From Octopus sinensis (lineage: Eukaryota), in contig NC_043021.1 in the NCBI RefSeq assembly GCF_006345805.1, positions 25,544,001 through 25,608,000 on the forward strand: a stretch of DNA of 64,000 bases, read 5' to 3'. Below are positions 13,207 through 26,900 of this stretch, in pieces (the first letter of the stretch is position 1; the number at the start of each line of letters is the position of its first letter). The notes beneath the pieces were generated by a model. That model worked only from the letters and a program-made list of their open reading frames with translations, was not told the DNA's origin and searched no databases. The position numbers and the translations under genes are program-made.

Positions 13207-16200
13207 ATCTAAGTATGCATACACCTATGCTTATATGTATGTATGCAAGCATGAATACAAGTGTATGCGTGTTAAGGCCTCCCAGAGAAATTTTAGACTG
13301 GTTCCTAGCCTTTTGATACCAACCGGTCTGAGGTCGCACCTACTTCCATTAAACGAACATTCTGTTTTAAAGTAATTCAAATTTAAACCTTCCCTCAAAC
13401 TTCACACTAACTTATGTTCCAAACGGCAGTTTAAGAACGACAAAGGTATTTTACTAAATAAATTCTTCAACATTTTAAGAATTAATTGAAACCAGGGTAG
13501 TATATATCAACAGCTGTTGTTTAACTCCAGGTCGCTGGCAGTATATCGAATGACACGATAGCTTCACAGTTAATAATGCTACATTAAACGCGTCACCACG
13601 GACATGTGCAACCAAGCACAAAATCATTAAAAAATTCTACACACGTCGAGCCTATGAGGAAGCTTCTAGGCAGTTAATCAATTTGCTAGAAATAGCAGTC
13701 GAATGTCCTTCAAATCACACGCTCTGCTATCTGTAAGAAACGCCATTCACACGAAAAATACAATTCACGTTTAATGTAGCAGCATAAGAACAATAATTAT
13801 ACAATTAAGAAATAAATGAAGGCACTCATTAATATAAGTCGTTGATTACTTTTGATTTCGAGTGACTGCCTGATTATTTCTCAACATGTGACATTTAAAC
13901 GTTCATTGTGAATTGGGTCGCTGGCTGCAACCACGAGATGGTGGTGAAGGCCGTCAAAGGCCTCAAATTCGCCATCAATAGCCGTAATTTGGGTTGCCTC
14001 TGAAACTTTCTGAGGACGAAACACCAGTGTTCCCTGGTGCGATGTGTAAGAGAGGGGGTGATGCAGATTTATTACTCTAACTACTTGGCGGCGAGCTGTC
14101 AGAATCGTTAGTGCGTCGGACAAAAGGCTAAGCAGCTCTTTACGTTCTGTTGTTCAAAAGCTGCTGAGGTCAGCTTTGCCTGTCATCTTCTCGGGGTTAA
14201 TAAAATAAAATACCAGTAATTGTTAGGGTCAATCTAGCGAAGATTCGGATCAGGACACCGGCAAAAGTTGGATTTTGACAGGGCCGTTTCCAACAGCTAA
14301 AAATCTACCTTAAATCACACGCCTTTTCATCTGAAAATATTTTCGCTTTTATTTTATTTTATTTATTTTTACCGAAAAAGCTTCTCCCATCCTTTTTATT
14401 AAATACATATTGCAAAAAAAAAAAAATAATAATATTGGCCAAAATCAGTAGGTTATGAATTTTCAAAAATTGTTTTTCATAAGGAGCTTCCCCCATTCAT
14501 TCGAGGTGAAGAAAAAAATTTGGAAAATCCTCGTCAGATCGGAAGGAATCCAACTTCTGTTGATGTCCTGATCCTCCGCCCAATTATCTTACCTACTCCG
14601 TTATTTGTTTTTGCTCATTTTATGGTAAAGTTTTCGAATATGTACAACACAGAAGGAGCCCACATAGAAAGCACACGCTGGACTCCCAGAATCTCTACAA
14701 AAACAACAAAGTATGGTGTTTGATTGTTCATAAGACGGTAATTAAATCTGTTCAATTAGCGTTGTTAATTACATGTTCACTCGTTGATTCATCAATTATT
14801 TACACACCTGTGAATCCCAAAACATCTGCGAAAATTCTTAAGTTAGCTATTTTCATAAATATATAATATACAATAAAACGCTAATTAATTCAGTTTAATT
14901 AACCATTGTAGTAATTTATGTGAGATGGTGATTTATTTTTATAAACTAAATGAATGTAGCATGTCGTTACGATGTGACCCCTTCCGTTTTGTACCCCAAA
15001 AAAGGGATACGTTATTATGTACAGATTCGACAACTTTATCCTATACTTTATTAGCGTTTTTATTTTCTTAAATTATGATCAATAAATATTTACAATCCGC
15101 CAAGAAACAAATTCTAGTTAGCTTTTTACCATCTGTTCATCTAATTAAAATTTGGTGAGGTTTATTCTGCCTATTTGCATTTCTGTTAGTTTAGAATAGA
15201 AAAGAAAACGAGAGAAAAACTTCAACATATTTGATAGAGAAAAATATACTCTTAGCGATTGTTTTTCATGGAGATGGTGTCCCTGAGTAAATTATTTTAA
15301 TCTCTTAGGCTAAACGCCGCGAATGAGATTTAGTGACAATCATGCCTTTCTCTACGACAACAGTGGCAGAAGTGAAGACTTGCTGAAGCAGATTTTCAAC
15401 GAGGGCGAGAAAACATCTAATAAATCGTAGGAGGTGCTAGAAATAGCAGGTCAATGACCCTCATGTAAAGGAGGGATACATTACATAGTGACATCCTAGT
15501 GTCGGGGGGGGGGGCAGAAATGGGATGATCACGGCTGGGATACGGATATAGAATACTTTTGATCAATGTTTGCAGGATATGAAGGACTGCATTATTTAAA
15601 TGTCTTTTCTTTAGTAGGAAATTAAACAGTAAATTGAGGGCGATATGACTGCTATATCTAGCAGGTCGAGCGATGGACGTTTAGGTATCCTGGTCCGTTC
15701 TGAGAACCTAAATCCCTCCGACCCGAAAGAAAGACTCGGCTTAAAAAAATAATAATAAACGTATAAATTATGATATGAAAGGATTAAGGTTTTTAAACAA
15801 TAATCGGATTTACGAAACAAAACGAAGCGAAAAGATAACCAGCTTTTCATGGTGGGAAACTATAAATGTGGAACCGCAGAGATCGAACCCTCACCCGGCC
15901 AATCGACCTGCTAGCAATAGCAGCTAACTCCCCCTCAAATCGCAAACACTCGATTTAGAAAAAGAAAACCGCACGGACTGTGTAGTCATAGATTTACAAG
16001 CAGGTGAGGTAGTCGAAGATTGAGCACTTGCTTTTATCAATTATCTTCCTCGACGAAGGTAGGACCCAGGGTGGGGCCTTAAATACTATAAACGAGAACC
16101 TTCTGGGAGAAGGATGTCCTGTGTCGGCGAGAAGAACATTAAAAAAGCTCCGAGTTAAGTGGAATCATGTATTGTGTTTCTGTTTACACATATTTCATTT

Positions 16201-16705
16201 ATAGATTTATAAATCATTCACATTGGAATTTACTTTGATTATTAAAAAAAAAGAAACGACCAAAACAGGCGCATTTTCTGTTGGTTGAGATTTAATTTCT
16301 TATACTCAATGTTGGATGTTTTGTGTGTGTCAACCCTCAAAAGAAAAAATTATTTACTTGAAAATATGAAAAGATGGCGAAGGGCAGAGATGTTGCTCGT
16401 GATGAAGATGTTTAGGCATAAATTATGGTTCAGTGCTGGGTTTATTACTCGAAAATAGCAGCTCGAGTCGCTGGAAGACGAGAAAACAAGCATTATTGAG
16501 TGGGAAAGAGAGACGTGCAAGTGACATGTGCGAAATCTCCCACAAATCGATACATTCAATAAGATGGGGCCAGATATATGCACCGTGGCTAAAGATAAAA
16601 AAAAAGACCAGAACCTTCTGAGATCGTATGTCTTCTGATTAATCAGGGCTGACCCGGCTTTAAAAAACAACAACGAAATGTTACATTATTTTATCACCGA
16701 CTTAC

Positions 16706-16822
16706 TTTGAAGAATATGGAATCCTGCTGCCAGGAGGGCCGCACCAGTTTTAAAATATCGTAAATACCATCTTTGTAATCGTTTGGGTTGATTGATATCT
16801 GCACGACGGCCTGCGGCGACAT
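16706..16822 (-). CDS. ETNK1: Ethanolamine kinase, coding exon 1 (MSPQAVVQISINPNDYKDGIYDILKLVRPSWQQDSIFFK)
   Basis: ATG at 16822, 39 codons, donor AAA|GTAAGT in phase 0 that joins exon 2. LVRPSW resembles the conserved 'L..LRP.W' N-terminus of animal ethanolamine kinases. CpG-richer surroundings. Confidence 0.88.
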
Positions 16823-17010
16823 TTCTGATCAAGTGCCGGAGATAACAACACCTATTTCCAAATGTGACCCAGCTTGTTCTGTGATGTGTTGTCACGATAG
16901 ACGGGTTTTATGTTGCTGACGGTTTCACATTTACTCGACAAATAGACAGAAACACGGGAGGCAGTCAGAGTGATAAGACACCTCAAATTACATTGATACG
17001 CGGCATCCAA
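16823..17010 (-). promoter_or_regulatory. Probable ethanolamine kinase 5'UTR/promoter region
   Basis: Upstream of the ATG with local CpG enrichment. TSS not determined. Confidence 0.3.
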
Positions 17011-17145
17011 CTATACTACACACATAAACACTTGATGTTAGAAACTTCGAACATCAAAACAAGTGTTTGCTTATTTTTTTAATTACAAAGCTCAGTGCAG
17101 GTTAGCACATATAAGTAATAACAAACACAATGTGACAAGAGGCAC

Positions 17146-17177
<32 letters not shown>

Positions 17178-17555
17178 CTATATATGAGACTACGCCCGTG
17201 TCAGAGGCGTAACTAGAGGAAAAGGTAGTGTTGCAGATTTTAACTCTAGGCTGTGATGCTAACCTCCTCGTTACAGTCAAAGCATATATACATATGTGTA
17301 TATGAGTGTGTTTCGGATATTGTAATAATCTTTCTAATGTAATTAAGATATGAATGGAAATTATAATAATCCTTCCTGCTATAGACAGAAGGCCTGAGAT
17401 TTTGAGAAGTCTAATCGATTACATCGAACTCGTTGTTCGACCGGTTCTTATTTTAATCGACTCCAGAAAGGATGAAAGGCAAAGTCGGTCACGGAGGAAT
17501 TTGAAAGAAATAGTAATAATAACCATGCACTAATGCCGTTTTATTTCATTATTTT

Positions 17556-17712
17556 GTGGCTGTGTAGTCAGAAGCTTGCTTCCCAACCACATGGTTCCGG
17601 GTTCAGTCCCACTGCGTAGCACCTTGGGCAAGTGTCTTCTACTATAGCCTCGGGCCGACCGAAGCTTTGTCAGTGGATTTGGTAGACGGAAACTGAAAGA
17701 AGCCTGTCGTAT
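17556..17712 (+). mobile_element. tRNA-derived SINE family A (copies also ~8165-8325+, 12020-12375-, 17927-18250+, 44745-44885+, 53075-53170-)
   Basis: A-box-like TGGCTGTGTAG, B-box-like GGTTCAGTCC, and core ACCTTGGGCAAGT...GGAAACTGAAAGAAGCC repeated across the window. Confidence 0.85.
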
Positions 17713-18670
17713 ATACACAAACATGACAGAAGTAAATGAACACCCTTATAATCATTAAAATTTCGGTTAATATAGGGCGTTAACCGAAATTTCTTTAAAT
17801 CTGAAATTATACATTCAGATTATGTATTAATTGTTATAATGTGAATATTTAATATTCAGTAGACAGGCCCCTTTGCATTTTTGAATGCAACGACCCTATT
17901 AGGCTTGTTACTGAGGAATTTCTTGCGTGGCACCTTGAGCAAGTGTTTTCTTCTATAGCCTCGGGCTGACCAAAGCCTTATTAGTGGATTTGGTAGATGG
18001 AAACTGAAAGAAGCCTGTTGTGAATGTATGTGTATATACATATATATATGTTTGTGTGTCTGTGTTTGTCCTCCCGGCATCACTTGACAACCGATGCTGG
18101 TGTGTTTATGTCCCTGCAACTTTGCAGTTCAGCAACAGAGACTGATAGAATAAGTATTAGGCTTACAAAGACTAAGTCCTGGGGTCAGTTTTCTCAACTA
18201 AAGGCAGTGCTCCAGTATGGCTGCAGTCAAATGAAATGAGTAAAAGAATAAATAATAATATGTCAGTATTCTATAAAGGTTAGAGGTCAAACGTTAAAGT
18301 TTCAGTAGAGTGGGGGGGTGGAAGGTCAATCTCGGTGAGGTTATAAGGATAATAGTTTAGTTCTGATATTTAGTTTTAAATATCTGCACTAAACTATTAT
18401 TCTTATAATCTTGTAATCCAAGTACTTGATTTGTGCTCTATTTTATCAACCCCAGAGGGATAAAAGGCAAAGTCGACCTTGGGGGAATTTGAACTCAGAA
18501 TGTAAAGTGACAGATTGATTGTTGTAAAGCATTGTTGTCCAACACTCCATCGATTCTCCTAATCCACCATTCTGGAGCACTATCATAGGGTTAAAACTTT
18601 CAGATATCCCTGCTGCATAAATTTTGAAGGTTTATGATGTCTGGCCACAAATGTTTATATCGTGTATTTT

Positions 18671-18976
18671 CAGTGGTTCTCAAAGTGGGCGATATTGACC
18701 CCTGGAGAGGTGTGGGGGTGGAAAGTTTCAGTGGGGTGAAGATGGGTTAGTGATTCATGTAAAAATTGGGGCCATAATGGGTGGGGGGAGGGGCAATTCA
18801 TGTAAAAACAACAAAATAATGGGTTTGTTAGGTTCAGTTTTATTTGTGAAAAAGAGTTGCTTTGAATTTGCTTCAGAAAGGGGTCTATGTTTGTGAGGGT
18901 TAGTTGGGGTGGGGGTGGTAGGAATGTGGCCTGGGTATCAAGGGGGTGGCAGCCTGAAAAATTTTGAGAACCACTG
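18671..18976. mobile_element. hAT-like MITE
   Basis: TIRs CAGTGGTTCTCAAA / TTTGAGAACCACTG. No clear TSD. Confidence 0.75.
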
Positions 18977-19754
18977 ATTTAAACCAATCTGTATAATAAA
19001 TGAACCCATCTTGTGTCATAACAGTAAAACGATGACAAAAGTTTGTATTTCTGAACGGGTCATCATCTTATTTCTTTTAAGGAATTTTGGATGGTATTTG
19101 GAGAAGAATGAAACTTAAGGATTGCTTACCTTTGGTGGTGAAATAGGATGGAATCTAATTTCTACTTCCAAAACTAGTAACATCCTATCCGTAAGGGTTT
19201 TAATTTGATAAATATTGTGGAATGGAAGAAGCCAACAGAAAATAAAGCACAATGTAACCTAGCAGTGATGGTGACTATAAGAAACGTTTACTTTAATTCC
19301 ATTCTTTTTGGCAGTAAAACGGAAATACAAGTACGACGCCTGATCTTTGGAAACATGTCGCAATGAGTCTCATCCCAAAGATAGACTTCACCTATAGCCC
19401 TGCTGACCACTAACCTCAATGAGGTAGTGTGGATTTTGGCCTAAATATAACATACCCATGACTACAGCAATTGCCCTCTCTCCTCCCATCATCTCCCAAA
19501 TTGGCTGCCCTCTGTGGACTGCATACTCCATACAATGTCATTTTGTCAATTCCTCTATGTCATTCACCTTTTGAAGGCAAAAGTAATTTTGTTATGCTGA
19601 TGGAACTTGTCTCCCTGCGTCCCTCAGCTTCTTGTAAGGTCACACAATCGAGTGTTGATTGGGTTTCCCTCGACTCCGACCCATGCGTTGGTTTAGCACC
19701 CAACCACATACTGATTATCCCCAACATTAACATCATAAACTACTTTACACTAAT

Positions 19755-20205
19755 ACTGGCTCCAAATTTGGGCACAAAGCCAGCAGTTTTTGAGGGGGAG
19801 GGTATCTGGTCGATTACATCAGCCCCATTGCTCAGTTGGTACTTATTTTATCGAACCCGAAAGGATGAAAGGCAGAGTCGACCTTGGCGGAATTTGACCT
19901 CAGAACATAAGGATGGACGAAATGCTGCTAAGCATTTGGCCTCAGGTGCTAACGATTCTGCTATTTCGCTGTTGTCCTCACTTTTAATAATGGTTTCAAA
20001 TTTTGCCACACAGGCAGCCATTTTGGGGGGAGGGATGAGTCGATTACATCGACCCCAGTATTTCACTGGTACTTAGTTTATTGACTCTGAAAGGATGAAA
20101 GGCAAAGTCAACCTCAGCGGAATTTGAACTCAGAGTGTACCAGCAGGCGTAATACCACTAAGCATTCCGCCCGGTGTGCTAACGAGTCTGCCAGCTCGCT
20201 GCCGC
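19755..20205 (-). mobile_element. Two tandem copies of SINE family B (Nin-domain-like core); others ~3990-4150+, 14087-14230+, 17375-17505-, 18420-18560-, 27265-27810-
   Basis: Recurrent GGCGGCGAGCTGGCAGA...GAGTTCAAATTCCGCCGAGGTCGACTTTGCCTTTCATCCTTTC...GATAAAATAAGTACCAG. Confidence 0.8.
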
Positions 20206-20649
20206 CTTCACCTCTAATAATGATCACGGTTATGTCGATGATGGATCACTTCATTCCCCGCTCTTTAATCTTTTGCGCTCAGGTGCCATACAACTCAGGC
20301 ACCTAACATTACTTGCACTGCAGCCATGAATGGAGATCTCAAAAACAACCCCCTCCCCACCCAAAAAACACTACCTCCAATGGAGATCTTGACAATTTTA
20401 TCTCTTTCAAAAAAGGTACCAAAATACAATTTCTACACATCGAGGAAACTATCTCAAAGACATCACAATATCTAACAAGTTCTCCTGGAGATTTTACATC
20501 CATAACAACAAAAACTGCCAAAAATACCATTTCTACACAAATTAATGTCCTGCATTGCATCCATAAAGAAAGCCATCCCACTGATTAGCAATAATTCACT
20601 CACATCAACTGTTGCCTCCTCTATCACTTCCACCACAGTCTACTCCACA

Positions 20650-20683
<34 letters not shown>

Positions 20684-21717
20684 CTTTCTCTCCCACCACA
20701 TAATTACGTTAAACACTATTCCAACTTATTTCTCCCCACATCACTCCCCTGAAATGCCTTTCCCACCAACATCTTTCTTGTTCACTTGTAGATATTTAAA
20801 CTAGATAACATTCTGAATAACAGACCTGAAAAGGTCACCACACAGCTTCTTCTTCCAACAATCTATAGAGTAAAAAAAAAAATTTAATTAAATAAAGCCA
20901 TTTAATTAGTAATCGACTATAAATTTGTTTTTATAAAATTATTCAGTAAAAAAAATAATTTTTTTAATTAACATTGTTATATAATAACGAATGAAGAATA
21001 ACACCCACCTCAATCATAGTCAAGCTAAAATGAAACCACCCCCTTCTTATATTAATGATAACAACACAATAACTACACCCTGGCTGAATTTATTAACATT
21101 TTTAACGTTAAACCTTTCTCTCATTGAAGCTTCTCTGAGTTTTCCACATTGCTAATTGAATAAAATTTTAAAAATTATAATTTTTTTGACCATGACTTTT
21201 AAATTTCATTAAATTGAACATTTTTTGGAATTTGAGGCTGTCTGACACAAAATCAAGTTGCTGACTTTACATGAAATCCTGTGTGACAACCTAGTTTACT
21301 GGTTCCATGCTGACAACTCTTGTGGTTCTCTTTTCAAGAATCTCTGGCAAGTTTCTTGCTCTTTCCTCTTAACCAAATACAAAGATTGTTTCAATTAACG
21401 AAGAATGTTGAAGAGTTTCACCTGAATGCCAACAGCAATAGAGATAAGAAAATCAACAGCTTTGAACAGTTAAGTTTATCAAAACGATTAGTTGACAAAA
21501 ACTCCCTCTAAGATGATTAAAATCTTAAAAAGAAGAAATAGAGAAAACGTCAAAGGTACTCCTGAGGTATAGGATTTTCCTGAAAATACAAACGATGCAG
21601 ATGAGAATGCACCTGGGTTTTAAAAACTAATTATGGAAAGCCATGAACATGGCTCTATCTTATTGCCTTTTCCATGAAGTGTCCGAGTTGGCAAAACCTA
21701 GAGATAATGTATGTAGT

Positions 21718-23191
21718 GTTGCTCTAATTGCTGAGTCACTATCAGAACTGGAGGAGAAGTTTCAGGTGTGGAAGCATGGATTAGAATCGAAGGGCCTTAG
21801 AGTCAACCTAGCTAAAACCAAAGTCCTAATAAGTAGGAAGGTAGACAAATCACAAACGCCTTCAGGTAGATGGCCCTGCTTGGTCTGTAGAAAAGGCGTA
21901 AGTAGAAACTCTATAAGATGCACCAAGTGCAAGCTATGGACACATAAGAGGTGCAGCAATGTTAAAGGAAGGCTAACTAGGAAAATAGTTTTTGTCTGTG
22001 GCAGATGCTCAGGAGCAATAAACACTGAAAATGCGCAGAGACCAACTTCTACCACGTTCCAGGGAGAAAAACTAGAAGTAGTTGATAGCTTCCATTACCT
22101 AGGTAACCTAGTCAGCAGCGGGGGCGGGTGTGCTGAAAGTGTAACTGCTAGAGTAAGAATAGCTTGGGCAAAGTTCAGAGAGCTCTTACCCCTGCTGGTG
22201 GCAAAGGGCCTCTCCTTCAGAGTAAAAGGTAGACTGTATGATGCTTGTGTACGAACAGCCATGCTACATGGCAGTGAAACATGGGCCGTGACTGCTGAGG
22301 ACATGCGTAAGCTCGCAAGGAATGAAGCCAGTATGATCCGATGGATGTGTAATGTCAGTGTGCATACTCGACAGAGTGTAAGTATCTTGAGAGAAAAGCT
22401 GGACCTAAGAAGCATCAGATGTGGTGTGCAAGAGAGACGTTTGCGCTGGTATGGACATGCGGCGAGAATGAATGAAGATAGTTGTGTGAAAAAGTGCCAC
22501 ACCCTAGCGGTTGAGGGAACCTGTGGAAGAGGCAGACCCAGGAAAACCTGGGACGAGGTGGTGAAGCACGACCTTCGAACTTTAGGTCTCACCAACGAAA
22601 TGACCAGAGACCAAGACCTCTGGAAATATGCTGTGCGTGAGAAGACCCGGCAGGACAAGTGAGACCATAACCCGTGGCCTTCTACACGGGATGTAGCCAG
22701 TCCACTTAGGCATACCTTCCCTTCTTGGGACACGAAACTCTACTTGTGAAGACCTGTTGAGGCAAGTGAGAATCAGAATCGAAATCGATCAATGGAAATT
22801 GCAGCTGAGTTACCAGTGCCGGTAGCACGTAAGAGAACCATCCGAACGTGGCCGTTGCCAGCGCTGCCTCGACTGGCCTCGTGCCGGTGGCACGTAAAAA
22901 GCACCATCCATTCGTGGCCATTGCCAGCCTCGCCTGGCCCCCGTGCTGGTGGCACATAAAAAGCACCATCCAATCGTGGCCGTTTGCCAGACTCGTCTGG
23001 CACCTGTGCCGGTGGCACGTAAAAAGCACCCACTACACTCATGGAGTGGTTGGCGTTAGGAAGGGCATCCAGCTGTAGAAACACTGCCAGATCAGACTGG
23101 GCCTGGTGCAGCCTTCTGGCTTCCCAGACCCCAGTTGAACCGTCCAACCCATGCCAGCATGGAAAGCGGACGCTAAACGATGATGATGATG
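21718..23191 (+). mobile_element. 5'-truncated RTE-clade LINE with PHD finger in ORF2, tandem-repeat 3'UTR and (GAT)n tail
   Basis: ORF open to 22662 with GLRVNLAKTK, F.YLG, LHGSETW, RRLRWYGH, RGRPRKTW. A C4HC3 motif lies at 21877-22008. Ends ...CGCTAAAC(GAT)4 against (TA)n. Confidence 0.92.
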
Positions 23192-23334
<143 letters not shown>

Positions 23335-23496
23335 TGTATATATATGTATGTATATATATATAATTAGAGGATATGTTAACCCCGTGAATGGATGGTTACA
23401 TCAAAAGAAATACTGGTTCAGTACCAAGTATTTTGGGGGAATGAAATTCCCTTAAAACAATAGTTATATATTAAGCATATAGTTTATATCCAGTTG

Positions 23497-23903
23497 AATG
23501 GAGACAAGGAGGTTGACAATGATTTATTATTAACAAATTGGTTATCTTCGCTTCTTACAGCCGTTTCAATTAATTCTCAATAATTTAATTACAAATTAAA
23601 TTACATTAAATTTACGTTTATGTGACACGAATATAATTTCATCAGAGGAAAAAAAAGATGTACCTTTGGATGTTGTATCTGGGCCTATCAATTCATTTCA
23701 GCAGACTCGTTTCAGGTCCGCATACAACATCCAAAGGTACATCTTTTTTTTCCTCTGATGAAATTATATTCGTGTCACATAAACGTAAATTTAATGTAAT
23801 TTAATTTGTAATTAAATTATTGAGTATTAATTAAAACGGCTGTAAGAAGCGAAGATAACCAATTTGTTAATAATAAATCATTGTCAACATCCTTGTCTCC
23901 ATT
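23497..23903. repeat. Long palindrome (~182-bp arms, 43-bp spacer) carrying hammerhead-like cores; probably Penelope-derived
   Basis: 23497-23678 is the near-exact reverse complement of 23722-23903. The minus strand of the left arm reads CTGATGA...GAAACGGCTGTA. Confidence 0.85.
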
Positions 23904-26900
23904 TCCTTTTCTTTTAACTGGACACACGGACACACACACACGGGGGAGGGAGAGTCTCATACCAAATATTATGAGTTGAAATTTCATCCTTTCCATTAGA
24001 GGAGCAGAACTTCCTTTCAGATTGTCCAACATTGAAATACCAATTGGCTTTAAGCTGGATCCACTTCTTACTGTTGGCTCAAAGTCGCAGAGCTACACTT
24101 AGTATTTTAAGGATAAATTATTTCAGACAACTTTTGACTGCTACACAAAAAAGAACCAACAATCTAAGCTCCCTTGCTAGCTATCAATTTCACATTAGTT
24201 TTAAATTGTCATAAAAGCTTAAGGTAACATGCAGTAAAACCGATTTGTCAGCCGATCACCAAAATGGCCACATTTACCGATTGCATCTCCAGTCTGGAAA
24301 CTCCATCTTGCTCACTACCTCCAATGGAGATCTTGACAATTTTATCTCTTTCAAAAAAAGCACAAAAGTACAATTTCTACACGTCAAGGAAGCTATCTCA
24401 AAGACATCACAATATCTAATTAGTTCTCTGGGAGATTTCACATCCATAACAACAAAAACTGCAAACCAAAAATACCATTTCTACACAAATTAATTTCCTG
24501 CATTGCATCCATAAGAAAGCCAGACAAATACCTTCTCTCGGTTATTTATCTTAAAAGGTTTTGATTTCTTTGGACATTGATTCACCAAAGTTCTAATGTC
24601 TTGCAGACGACTCGATAGAATCCCACAACATTATTCACAACTTTGGACACCGTTTTTTAATTCAAAAGCTCAACCACTTGTAAAAACGTTTATAAAATAA
24701 AATTAAAAAACAGCGCAGCACCCAAGGCTTTCAGAACCATTTTATTTTTCTTGCACAGAATTGTTGAAGCACGAAATAAACAACTTTTGTCAGTTGTTAG
24801 TTGTCCAAACACTGCCTCCTTCAACAATTCCATGCTTTCTGAAATCCACCCACACAACTCTTGACATACCAATTCCACCCTTTTCTCTTTATGGTGGGTT
24901 TTACTAATCATCTGTTTTCAGGTATTTTATTCAGTGTACAACATTTCTCGCTTTCAATGCTGTCTTTCTTTACTTAGTTTGACTTTCTTTTACTCTTTTC
25001 CGATGAATTGTAATGTATTTGAATGCTGCTTACAACAAAAATGGGCAAACTTCTTCATGAATTGGGTCACAGTACAAAAAAAAAATTTTCAAGGTAATTT
25101 TTTATCAGGCGTGCTACTCAGCAAGTCCCACAGGCTGCAGTGTATCCGTAATCGATATACAATAAGCTCGCTGTTAGAGGACTGGTTTGAATATAAAAAC
25201 TGCCGTTGTCTAGCCCCGGGTCTACTTTGATTGAGCAGGTTTAGGATCAAAGAGGTGTCCATCCCTATTTCTATTTATATCAGAGATTACATTATCCAAT
25301 GTGTCCTTAGCTTTTTTGAAAGATAGTTAAGTGTGATTTCAGGGAATTGGCATGCACGCGTATCAATGTGTGTGTGTATTATATCAAACATGACTGTGTT
25401 TAGTCTAATTAAAATTTTTTTCCGTTTTCTCATTATTTGTTAATGTTAACTTTGGCCAAGTTTATTAAAGCTTCTTGATTTTCTCCGTCCCACCTTCAGG
25501 GCAATTATCATGCTTTTTCTTACACTCCGTTATTCATTTCACACACTAGGAGAGTTTTTTTTTTCGTTTGAAGTTCGTTAAGAGCGTAGCTGCTCATTGC
25601 TTTTACCCATTTCTGAACCCACCAACTCCAAGAGGTTTTATGACGTAGGTCACAGAGATCTCAAGCAGCAAATGTCATGATGATGCAATCCATCTGAAAG
25701 CATTCAATCAAGGAAATTCCATACACAGCCTCCTCCTTATTCTCATCTCCATAATCATCATCTGTTATCTATGAGTATTTTGTGTCTTCTCTGTGTCTCT
25801 GTTCAATACAGATGACCTTAAACAAGTCTTAATCTTAAACTTTACTTAATCTCTCTCTCTCATGGCCACTGTTCATAGATTTTGCATCAATACAACCCCA
25901 ACAACTAGCATGGTGTCCTCTAATTTATTATGCTTGATGAAGTATTTATAAGGAGTTTGATACTTTCAGCACCACTATTTCCATCGAGGGCAGATGGTGC
26001 AACATTTGGCCCAGTGAAGAGCACCTTGACCTTCAACCTCAATGTTTTCTTGTTGCTTTATCTTCCAATCCTTGACATGTTTATCCCAGAAGATTTTTTA
26101 TCTGGAAAAGTCTTTTTATGTTATCTAAAAGTTCTTCTGTTTGTTGTTATTGAAACTTTGAGGCTTCAAACCCCCGATAACAAATCAACAGACATGTCAA
26201 GTATTAAGTGAAGCATAGTTAAATTATTTCAGGACAATTGACGAGTTTGAACCCTCATCAATGCAATCATTCACACAACCCCTTTTTTTCTTTTCTTTAT
26301 TTCATTTTTTACAACTTTTAAAAAATAGAATCAACATCAAATTCCATTGTTACACATGGTGACAGCACTAAGCAATGATGCATATGAATACCAGCTGTGA
26401 CCCCATGTTTTATTTACAGCAATCCACGGAACAGTGCTAGCAGTCATTGAATGATGACGAGAACATCATAAGAGGGACCTGGTGCTGAAGAGGAGATAAC
26501 CACTCTGAAATGCATGCATCCCAAACTCTAACTGGAGAACAGTGGTTTGACTTGGTGTATTTACATCTGTGTACAGCGAGAAATTTTGTGTGTGTCAACA
26601 TTCAATGAATGGCTTTCTTCTAGGTTTGAACATGCCTCAAGCATATTTGAACTGGTAACAAGGTTGTAATTCTATTGTTCTTTTGCCAATGATAAATGCT
26701 AGTTCGGAGTTTCTGGGATCAACTTTGCCTTCCTTCCGCATTTTGCTGTGGAATTTTATTCTTCATCATTTTGCTCTCCATCCGAGGAAGCCATTTCTCT
26801 CTTCTAATGCAAAACACCTTTCTGTCCCTCGTTACTACTCCCCACCAGTTGAGATGGGGGTGGGGTCTTGCCTTGTAACTTATTCAGTGACCTCACTGCT

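Noticed and set aside
17758-17792. 13-bp-stem hairpin (AAATTTCGGTTAA/TTAACCGAAATTT) as a terminator
   Set aside because: Rho-independent terminators are not relevant in a eukaryotic nuclear context, and there is no supporting element around it.
19471-20076. 201-aa ORF
   Set aside because: Non-ATG start, the second half is antisense SINE sequence, and no domain was recognised.
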